From assembly GCA_040005235.1 (NCBI GenBank), contig JBDTZG010000001.1, positions 96,001-160,000 on the forward strand: a stretch of DNA of 64,000 nt, given 5' to 3'. This DNA comes from Acidobacteriota bacterium (GTDB taxonomy: Bacteria > Acidobacteriota > Thermoanaerobaculia > Multivoradales > UBA5704). Every line of letters starts with the position of its first letter. The stretch's first letter is position 1. The notes below the pieces were generated by a model. It saw nothing but the letters and a program-made list of their open reading frames with translations. It ran no database searches and was not told the DNA's origin. A program made the position numbers and the translations under genes. Of the stretch, positions 56,301-64,000 are shown one piece after another.

Positions 56301-56323
56301 CCTGCGGCCATTGTAGCCGCAGG
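56301..56323 (-). promoter_or_regulatory. TA operator palindrome overlapping -10
   Basis: Minus strand CCTGCGGC-TACAATG-GCCGCAGG: 8-bp inverted repeats flanking TACAAT, just upstream of the antitoxin. Confidence 0.7.
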
Positions 56324-56354
56324 CCGCTCCGTCAAACAATTCCTCCAGAAACCT

Positions 56355-56822
56355 TCAGGGTTGGTAGGGCCCTTTGACCTCGCCCCACCCCCAATGGGGC
56401 ATGGGGGCGTAGGGATCGACTTCGGCCCCGGGCTGAGAGTTGATCACGGCCAGGCGCGAGCCCCATTCGAGGTAGCCGACCAGCGCGGAGCGAAATTCCG
56501 GATCGTCGGGCAGGCCGAGCTGATCGGCGGTATCCAAGAGCAGCGCGACCCAGGTGCGCCGCTGCTCTTGGGTCAGATGCCGGTTCAAATGCTGGCGAAT
56601 CATGTGCGGGTGCCCGCCGTGCTCCGCCGAATAGGTGGCGGGTCCGCCGAGAACCTCGGCGAGGAAGGCTGCGACGTGGCGCGGGTGGTCCGCTCCCATG
56701 TGGGCGAAAATAGAGGCCAGCACCGGCTCGTCGGGGACCCGGTCGTAGAACCGCGTGATCAGACGCTCCAGCGCCGGCAGGCCGCCGATCCATTCGTAAA
56801 GGCTTGGGATGTTTCCTGACAT
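56355..56822 (-). CDS. Group II truncated hemoglobin
   Basis: SLYEWIGG, FYDRV, FLAEVLGGPATY, HPHMIRQH, RRTWV and YLEWGS. Confidence 0.9.
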   Translation of the reverse strand: MSGNIPSLYEWIGGLPALERLITRFYDRVPDEPVLASIFAHMGADHPRHVAAFLAEVLGGPATYSAEHGGHPHMIRQHLNRHLTQEQRRTWVALLLDTADQLGLPDDPEFRSALVGYLEWGSRLAVINSQPGAEVDPYAPMPHWGWGEVKGPYQP

Positions 56823-57340
56823 CGTCTACTCCTGTGGCTCGTATGCTACCGCCGCACGCACCGAAACCAGGCGCCTTTCCCGGGAAAGAAGCGAAAGAAG
56901 TAAAAGACGCTGGCCCAGTCCTCGTTCCACCAACAAGCCCAAGCGCCCCCATACATCCGATTCGCCAAGCTCAGCCGTACTGAATCTCAAGCGGGCCAGA
57001 TGTAGGGGCCGGCTGCGGCTTCGGCGTCCCCGTTAAGAGGGCTTAGGCCCTGTAAATTCAGCTCGTTGCGCGATGCCTCGCACAGTCGTAGACAGCCTTC
57101 CCAACGTCCCGGTTCGGCTTGCCGATCGCACTATCCATCGGGTGGACTTTCGTGCCGTTCGAAGGGAGCTGCCGCGCATGGCTCCCTTCGCTTCCCAGCC
57201 AACGACAACATAAGGATGGCGCCTGGACCCCTGGCGGGTCGGCGGCACATCTTAAAAAGCGCCGCGGTACGGGTAGCGGCGTTTGCGCTGCGTACGACTT
57301 TTCAAGTTTGACGTAGCCCGCAGGAGAAGGAGAGGACCGG

Positions 57341-60300
57341 ATGAGCAGCATCGACGATCTGGGCAGCGCCGCCGGGCTTTCGGAGCAGGACCGGGAGCTG
57401 CTGGCCCTGTTGCTTGCCGAAGAGGGGGTCGAGCTGTCGGAGAGCGCGGCGATTCCGAAGCGTGCGATGGAGCTTCGGGGCGAGGCGCCTCTTTCCTGGT
57501 CGCAGGAGCGGCTGTGGGTGATCGACCGGATGGCGCCGGGCACCTCGACGCTCGACATCCCGGTCTCCGTGCGCCTGCTCGGCCGGCTCGACCGCGACGT
57601 GTTGGCGCGCTGCTTCGCCGAGATCGCCCGCCGGCACGAGTCGCTGCGCACCCGTTTCGTCGAGCGCGGCGGCGTGCCGCGCCAGGTGATCGATCCTCCC
57701 GTGGCGGACACCGCCGGGCACCTCGCGCTCGCCCAGCCCTTGGTCGATCTGGTGGGCCTTTCCGCCGGGCGTTGGGATGTCGAGATGCACCGCCTCGCCG
57801 CCGAGGACACCCGCCGCTCGTTCGACCTCGCGCGCGGCCCGTTGTTTTCGACCGTCTTGATCCGCCGGAGCCCCGACGAGCACGCGCTGCTGCTCAACAT
57901 TCATCACATCGTGACCGATGGCTGGTCGATGGGCGTGCTGATCGGCGAGCTGTCGGCGCTGTACCCCAAGGTCGCGGCGGCGGCCGCCGCCGGTCCGGCG
58001 GGGACGTTCGTGCCGCTGCCCGAGCTGCCGGTGCAGTACGCCGACTTCGCGGTCTGGCAGCGCGAGCGGTTGGGGGCCGACCAGGGGTTTGCCGAGCAGC
58101 TCAAATACTGGCGCGACCGCCTGACCGGCGTGCCGGCGCTGGAGCTGCCGACCGATCTGGCGCGGCCGGCGATCCAGAGCTTCCGCGGCGGCAGCGAGGT
58201 CCGCGTTTTGCCGCCGCCGCTCGCGGCGGGGCTGGCCGAGATGGCGCGGATGACCAGCGCCTCCCCCTACATGGTGCTGCTCGCGGTCTTCTCGCTGGTG
58301 CTCGGCCGCCTGTCGGGACAGGAGGACTTTGCGATCGGCAGCCCGATCGCCGGCCGCGGCCGGCCGGAGCTGGAAGGGCTGATCGGGTTCTTCCTGAACT
58401 CGCTCGCTCTGCGCGCCGACCTGTCGGGCAATCCGACCTTCCGCGAGCTGGTCGGCCGCGCGCGCGACACGGCGCTCGGCGCCTACGCCAACCAGGACGT
58501 GCCGTTCGAGCGGCTGCTCGGCGAGCTGGATGTCGAGCGCGATCTTTCGCGGACGCCGATCTTCCAGGTGCTGCTCAACATGCTGAACCTGCCGCGCGCC
58601 GAAGCGCGGTTCGAGGGCCTCGCGATCGAGCCGATCTCGGTGCCCGAGGTCGAATCGAAATTCGACCTCACCATCTACGCCTCCGAGTCGGCGGATGGGC
58701 TGATGCTGCGCCTGGTCTACAACGCCGACCTGTTCACCGCGGAGCGGATGCGCGAGCTGCTCGCCCAGCTCGAAGGCGCGCTGGTCCAGGCGTTTGCGGC
58801 GCCCGATCGGCCGATCTCGCAGATCCGCCTGCGGACCGCGGCGGCGGATGCCGGTTTGCCCGATCCGAAGGCGCCGCTCGACGCCACCTGGCGCGGCTCG
58901 GTGGTCGATCTGTTCCGGGACCAGGCGGCGCGCCGGCCGGAGCGCTTGGCGGTGACCGATCGCGCCGGCTCCTGGAGCTACGGCGAGCTGGCGGAAGCCT
59001 CGACGCGGATCGCCGCGCGGCTGCGCCGTCCGGGGGAAGGTTGGGCAGGCTTGGCGCGCGGCGAGCGGGTGGCGATCTGGACCCATCGGAGCGCGGCTCT
59101 CCCGGCCGCGGTGCTCGGCGCGCTCGAAGCGGGCGGCGTGTTTGCGATGCTCGATCCGGCTTATCCGGCGGAGCGGATTGTCGCGATGCTCGATCTCGCC
59201 GAGCCGCGGGCGTTCGTCCGTCTCGAAGCCGCGGGGCCGCTGCCGCCGGAAGTCGACGAATGGCTCGCGCGCGCCGGGGCGATCCGGGTGGACCTTCCCG
59301 CGGGCGGCGCGGCGGCGGTGCTGGAATCTTTGCCGGTTGCCGAAGAAAGCGCCGAAAGCCCCGGAAGCGAGACGATCGAGATCGGCCCGGACGATCCGGC
59401 GCTCGTCGCGTTCACTTCCGGCTCGACCGGCCAGCCGAAGGGAATCGTCGGCCGGCACGGGCCGCTCTCGCATTTCCTGCCTTGGCAGTGCGCGGAAATG
59501 GCGCTCTCGGAAAGTGACGTGTTCAGCCTGCTCTCCGGCCTCGCGCACGATCCGTTGCAGCGCGATCTGTTCACGCCGCTCAGCTTGGGCGCCGCGATCG
59601 CCGTGCCCGATCCGAGCGACATTGCGACCCCCGGCCGGCTCGCCGCCTGGATGGCCGAGCGGGGAGTCTCGGTCGCCCACTTGACCCCGGCGATGGGCCA
59701 GCTGATCGCGGAATCCGCCGAGCTGTCGGCGTCGCGCGGCGTGCCGGTGGCGGTGCCGTCGCTGCGTCGTGCTCTGCTGGTGGGCGATGCACTCACCCGG
59801 CTCGACGTAGCGAGGCTCGAACGGATCGCGCCGAACCTCACCTGCATCAACCTCTACGGCTCGACCGAGACCCAGCGCGCGGTGGCGTATCACGTGGTCG
59901 AACGGACGCCGGCGCGGGGCGAGATTGGGTCCGTCCCGCAGCTACTGGCTGCTGCCGAAGGCGCCCGAAGGAGCGAGGAGGCGGACCCAACCTCGCCCTC
60001 GGCCGCCACGCAGCGCGAAATCCTGCCCCTTGGCCGCGGCATGCAGGACGTGCAGCTTCTGGTGCTCGATGCGGAAGGCCGGCCGGCGGGCTTCGGCGAG
60101 GTGGGCGAGATCGCGGTGCGCAGCCCTCATCTGGCGGCCGGCTATCTGGGCGATCCGGAGATGACCCGGGCGCGCTTCGTGATCTCGCAAGAGGCCGCGG
60201 CCGATCCGGCCGATCGGATGTACAAGACCGGCGACCTCGGCCGCTACCGGCTGGATGGCGAGGTCGAGTTCGTGGCGCGCGCCGATGCGCAGGTGAAGAT

Positions 60301-60973
60301 CCGCGGCTTCCGAATCGAGCCGGGGGAGATCGAGGCGGCGCTTTCGCGCCACGGCGGAGTGCGCGAGGCGGTGGTCGTCGCGCGGACGGACGACAACGGC
60401 GCCAAGCGGCTGGTGGCCTATTACGTCGTCGCCCCCGGCGCGCCCACGCCTTCGGCCGAAGAGCTGGGCGAGTTTCTACGCGCGCGGCTGCCGGAGTACA
60501 TGGTGCCGGCGCTCTGGCTGGCGCTCGAACGGTTGCCGCTCACGCCGAACGGCAAGATCGACCGCCGGGCGCTGCCCGCGCCGCGCGCGGCTTCGACCGC
60601 CTCGGCCGAATACGTGGCGCCCAAAACCGACACCGAGCGGGCGATCGCCGAGGTCTGGCGCGAGGTGCTGGGGCTCGACCGGGTCGGCCGTCACGACAAG
60701 TTTTTCGCCCTCGGCGGCCACTCGCTGCTGCTGGTGCGCGCGCATGGACGATTGGCCGAGAAACTGGGCCGCGAGATCGCGGTGATCGACCTGTTCCGCC
60801 ACCCTGACGTGGCGTCGCTCGGCCGATTCTTGGACGGCGGCGCCACGTCGGACGTCGCCGCGGTCGAGGCGCGCGCGGAGGTGATCGAAGCGGGCAAGGA
60901 CCGCCGCCGGATGCGGCTCGAACGAAGGCAGGGGGCCGGTCCATCCGGCGTTACGTATGGGGACGAGCGATGA
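57341..60973 (+). CDS. Non-ribosomal peptide synthetase, one module C-A-PCP (Lys2-like A domain)
   Basis: C domain: HHIVTDGWS. A domain: FTSGSTGQPKG, AHDPLQRD, YGSTE, YKTGDL, QVKIRGFRIE, NGKIDR. PCP: FFALGGHSL. Confidence 0.95.
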   Translation: MSSIDDLGSAAGLSEQDRELLALLLAEEGVELSESAAIPKRAMELRGEAPLSWSQERLWVIDRMAPGTSTLDIPVSVRLLGRLDRDVLARCFAEIARRHESLRTRFVERGGVPRQVIDPPVADTAGHLALAQPLVDLVGLSAGRWDVEMHRLAAEDTRRSFDLARGPLFSTVLIRRSPDEHALLLNIHHIVTDGWSMGVLIGELSALYPKVAAAAAAGPAGTFVPLPELPVQYADFAVWQRERLGADQGFAEQLKYWRDRLTGVPALELPTDLARPAIQSFRGGSEVRVLPPPLAAGLAEMARMTSASPYMVLLAVFSLVLGRLSGQEDFAIGSPIAGRGRPELEGLIGFFLNSLALRADLSGNPTFRELVGRARDTALGAYANQDVPFERLLGELDVERDLSRTPIFQVLLNMLNLPRAEARFEGLAIEPISVPEVESKFDLTIYASESADGLMLRLVYNADLFTAERMRELLAQLEGALVQAFAAPDRPISQIRLRTAAADAGLPDPKAPLDATWRGSVVDLFRDQAARRPERLAVTDRAGSWSYGELAEASTRIAARLRRPGEGWAGLARGERVAIWTHRSAALPAAVLGALEAGGVFAMLDPAYPAERIVAMLDLAEPRAFVRLEAAGPLPPEVDEWLARAGAIRVDLPAGGAAAVLESLPVAEESAESPGSETIEIGPDDPALVAFTSGSTGQPKGIVGRHGPLSHFLPWQCAEMALSESDVFSLLSGLAHDPLQRDLFTPLSLGAAIAVPDPSDIATPGRLAAWMAERGVSVAHLTPAMGQLIAESAELSASRGVPVAVPSLRRALLVGDALTRLDVARLERIAPNLTCINLYGSTETQRAVAYHVVERTPARGEIGSVPQLLAAAEGARRSEEADPTSPSAATQREILPLGRGMQDVQLLVLDAEGRPAGFGEVGEIAVRSPHLAAGYLGDPEMTRARFVISQEAAADPADRMYKTGDLGRYRLDGEVEFVARADAQVKIRGFRIEPGEIEAALSRHGGVREAVVVARTDDNGAKRLVAYYVVAPGAPTPSAEELGEFLRARLPEYMVPALWLALERLPLTPNGKIDRRALPAPRAASTASAEYVAPKTDTERAIAEVWREVLGLDRVGRHDKFFALGGHSLLLVRAHGRLAEKLGREIAVIDLFRHPDVASLGRFLDGGATSDVAAVEARAEVIEAGKDRRRMRLERRQGAGPSGVTYGDER

Positions 60974-63900
60974 GCGACGAAGGGAGTAGAACCGGCCTCG
61001 AGGTGGCGATCGTCGGCCTGGCCGGGCGTTTCCCCGGCGCGGACGACGTCCAGGGCTTCTGGCGGAACCTGATCGCGGGCGTCTCGTCGGTGGTCGACCT
61101 CTCCCCCGAGGAGCTGATCGCCCGCGGCGCCGATCCGGCTCAGGTGGCCGATCCGGCTTGGGTCAAGTCGGCCGCCGAGGTCTCCGGGGCCGAGCTGTTC
61201 GATGCCCGGTTCTTTGACGTCTCGCCGCGCGAGGCCGAGGTGCTCGATCCCCAGCACCGGCTGTTCCTCGAAGCCTGTTGGGCGGCGCTCGAAGACGCCG
61301 GGATCGACCCGGCGCGCGACCGCCGGCCGATCGGCGTGTTCGCCGGCTCGTCGATCTCGACCTATTTCTTGCGCAACGTCCTGCCGAGCGGCGTCGACAT
61401 CGGGGCGCTCGGCGGCCTGCTCGGCGCGGACAAGGACCATCTGCCGACGCTGGTGTCGTGGAAGCTCGATCTTATCGGGCCGAGCTTTGCAATCCAGAGC
61501 GCCTGCTCGACTTCGCTGGTGGCGGTTCACGTGGCGGCGCAGAGCCTGTTGAACGGCGAGTGCGACGCGGCTCTGGCGGGCGGCGTGTCGATTGTCTTTC
61601 CGCAGAACGAGGGGTACGAGTGGAGCGAGGGCGGAATCTTCTCGCGCGACGGCCGCTGCCGGTCGTTCGACGAGCAGGGGGCGGGGACGATCTTCGGCAG
61701 CGGCTTGGGCGTCGTCGTGCTCAAGCGCCTGGACGACGCGATCCGCGACGGCGACCGGATTCGCGCGGTGATCAAAGGCTCGGCGGTGACCAACGACGGC
61801 GGCGCGCGCTTGGGCTACACGGCGCCGAGCGCGGCGGGCCAGGCGAGGACCATCCGCGCCGCGCAGCTGCTCGCCGAGGTCGAACCGGAAACGATCGGCT
61901 TCGTCGAAGGGCACGGCACGGCGACCCAGCTCGGCGATCCTATCGAGGTGGCTGCGTTGGCCGAGACGTTCGGCCACGCGCGCCCGGGCACCACGGCGCT
62001 CGGCTCGGTCAAGAGCAACATCGGCCATCTGAACGCGGCGGCGGGCATCGCCGGATTGATCAAAGCGGTGCTGGCGGTCGAGCACGGCGAGGTGCCGGCG
62101 ACGCTCCATTTCGCACGGCCGAACCCGCAGATAAATCTCGCGAGCGGGCCATTCTTCGTCAACACCGAGGCGACGCCGTTTCCGGTTCGAGAGGGCGCGC
62201 CGCGCCGCGCAGCGGTCTCCTCGTTCGGCATGGGCGGCACGAACGCCCACGCGATCCTCGAACAGGCGCCCGCCGCGCCGGTCTCCGGCCCATCGCGCGA
62301 ATTTTCGATCGTCGTCCTGTCGGCCAAAAGCGCCGTCGCCCTCGACGCCGCGACCGACCGGCTCGCGGCGCACCTGGCCGCGCGCCCTGAGATCTCGCTC
62401 TCGGACGCGGCCTACACCTTGGCTCTCGGCCGCAAGGTGTTCGCCCACCGCCGGGCCGTGGCGGTCGATGGCGCGACCGGTTTTGCCGCGGCGCGTACGG
62501 GCGCCGGCAGCTTCACCGCGCCGTCCGCTCTCAATGCCGAGCGGCCGGTGTACTTTCTCTTTCCCGGCCAGGGTGCGCAATACCTCGGCATGGGCGAAGA
62601 GCTGTATGCCGCCGAGCCGGAGTTTCGCGCCGAGATCGATCGCGCCGCCGAAGCGCTGGGAACGGTCTCTGGCCTCGATCTGCGCGACGTGCTGTTCGTC
62701 CGCGGCAGGTCGGGCGAGGAGCGCGCGGCGGCCGAGGCGCAGCTCTCCCGCACCGAGTGGACTCAAAGTGCGCTGTTCGCGGTCGAGTCGGCTCTCGCGC
62801 GGCTCTGGCTCTCCTGGGGTGTCGAGCCTTCGGGCATGATCGGCCACAGCGTCGGCGAGTACGTGGCGGCCCACCTGGCGGGCGTGTTCTCGTTCGAGGA
62901 CGCCGTGCGGCTGGTGGCGCTGCGCGGCCGGCTGATGCAGTCGATGCCCGAAGGCGCGATGCTCGCCGTGCCGCAAACGGAGACCTGGGTGGGGGAGCGC
63001 CTCGCGGCGGATTTCCCGGCGCTTGAAATCGCCGCGAAAAACGCACGGGAGAGCGTGGTGGTGGCTGGACCCGCGGCGGAGATCGAGCGTTTCGCCGCCG
63101 CGGTCGCCGCCGAGCTGCCCGACGGCCTTGAAGCGCGGCGGCTTCACACTTCACACGCGTTTCACACCTCGGTGATGGAGCCGATTCTCGCCGAGTTCGA
63201 GCGCGCGGTGGCGGCGGCCAGCCCCAAGGCGCCCGAGCGCCGGTTCATCTCGAATCGCACCGGCGGCTGGATCGGAGCGGCGGAGGCGACCGATCCGGCC
63301 TATTGGGCCGGCCACCTGCGCCACGCCGTCCGGTTCGGCGAGGGGCTCGCGACGCTGGGAGTGGAAGGGACCGCGATCTACCTCGAAGTGGGTCCCGGCA
63401 ATTCGCTCGGGACGCTCGCGCGGCGCCAGCCGTCGGCACCGGGCGCCGTGCTCGCGAGCCTGCGCCATCCGAAAGAGGAGATCCGCGACGTCGAGCGACT
63501 GGCGCGCGCCGCGGCCGAGCTTTGGGCGCGCGGCGGCGAAATCGATTGGCGGCGCTATTTCGGCACGGAGAAACGGCGCAAGGTCGAGCTGCCGACCTAT
63601 CCGTTCGAACGTCAGCGCTTCTTCCTCGAAGCGCGGCCGGGCCAACTCGATATTTCCCGGACCCGCCCAAGCCTTGCGGCGTCGGTTCCCGGATCGACGG
63701 CTGCGGCTGCTGCGAGGGCGGCGGCGTCGGCGCAGGTCGCGACCCATCCGCGGCCGGCCTTGAGCACCGCGTATGTGGCGCCGCGCTCCGACAGCGAGCG
63801 CCGGATCGCGGCGATCTGGAGCGACCTGTTCGGGGTCGCCGAGGTGGGCGTCCACGACAACTTCTTCGATCTCGGCGGCCATTCGCTGCTCGCGACCCGG

Positions 63901-64000
63901 GTCCTCTCGCGCGTTCGCGAAGCGTGCGGCGTCGACCTGCCGTTGGACACTCTGTTCGCCACGCCGACCATCGAGGTGATCGCCCAGGTGGTGGACGAAC
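60970..64000 (+). CDS. Type I PKS module KS-AT-carrier (runs off the window; absent from ORF track because there is no stop)
   Basis: Translated by hand from ATG 60970 (ATGA overlap). KS: VAIVGLAGRFPGA, DPQHR, QSACSTS, EGHGTAT, KSNIGHL, SSFGMGGTNAH. AT: FPGQG, GHSVG, HAFH. Carrier: DNFFDLGGHSLL (~63856-63890). No KR or DH. Confidence 0.93.
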   Translation, partial: MSDEGSRTGLEVAIVGLAGRFPGADDVQGFWRNLIAGVSSVVDLSPEELIARGADPAQVADPAWVKSAAEVSGAELFDARFFDVSPREAEVLDPQHRLFLEACWAALEDAGIDPARDRRPIGVFAGSSISTYFLRNVLPSGVDIGALGGLLGADKDHLPTLVSWKLDLIGPSFAIQSACSTSLVAVHVAAQSLLNGECDAALAGGVSIVFPQNEGYEWSEGGIFSRDGRCRSFDEQGAGTIFGSGLGVVVLKRLDDAIRDGDRIRAVIKGSAVTNDGGARLGYTAPSAAGQARTIRAAQLLAEVEPETIGFVEGHGTATQLGDPIEVAALAETFGHARPGTTALGSVKSNIGHLNAAAGIAGLIKAVLAVEHGEVPATLHFARPNPQINLASGPFFVNTEATPFPVREGAPRRAAVSSFGMGGTNAHAILEQAPAAPVSGPSREFSIVVLSAKSAVALDAATDRLAAHLAARPEISLSDAAYTLALGRKVFAHRRAVAVDGATGFAAARTGAGSFTAPSALNAERPVYFLFPGQGAQYLGMGEELYAAEPEFRAEIDRAAEALGTVSGLDLRDVLFVRGRSGEERAAAEAQLSRTEWTQSALFAVESALARLWLSWGVEPSGMIGHSVGEYVAAHLAGVFSFEDAVRLVALRGRLMQSMPEGAMLAVPQTETWVGERLAADFPALEIAAKNARESVVVAGPAAEIERFAAAVAAELPDGLEARRLHTSHAFHTSVMEPILAEFERAVAAASPKAPERRFISNRTGGWIGAAEATDPAYWAGHLRHAVRFGEGLATLGVEGTAIYLEVGPGNSLGTLARRQPSAPGAVLASLRHPKEEIRDVERLARAAAELWARGGEIDWRRYFGTEKRRKVELPTYPFERQRFFLEARPGQLDISRTRPSLAASVPGSTAAAAARAAASAQVATHPRPALSTAYVAPRSDSERRIAAIWSDLFGVAEVGVHDNFFDLGGHSLLATRVLSRVREACGVDLPLDTLFATPTIEVIAQVVDE

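Noticed and set aside
44740-56340. Integrative element or prophage carrying R-M and vapBC
   Set aside because: No integrase, transposase, tRNA target or flanking direct repeats were seen.

Overview
This is a high-GC bacterial chromosomal window. An IPTL-CTERM surface protein, an M1 peptidase with a GQSWP motif and a 'PxAxLxxPFFE' secreted family suggest Acidobacteriota, probably Thermoanaerobaculia (inference). Housekeeping genes include ppk2, moaC, namZ, PBP1A and uvrB. There are many secreted or envelope proteins and a two-component system with a Spy/CpxP-like target. Accessory content: a 5'-truncated, TPR-less CHAT-TIR-STAND (NLR-like) gene; a complete type I R-M operon carrying a Schlafen/AlbA_2 gene and a YgjP-like gene; two toxin-antitoxin loci, one with a deleted toxin; a patch of gene fragments; a divergent serpin-like gene; a cyanophycin-synthetase-like ligase lacking the ATP-grasp domain; a tandem pair sharing an unrecognised domain, one copy fused to a blue-copper domain; and several REP-type palindrome families. 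The right end starts a hybrid NRPS/PKS cluster. Its adenylation domain closely resembles fungal alpha-aminoadipate reductase Lys2 (pocket code DPRHLVLRAK) and feeds a minimal KS-AT-carrier module. This is the best candidate for an undescribed system. No rRNA, tRNA, CRISPR array or intact transposase was recognised. All family calls come from motif recognition by eye, not database searches.
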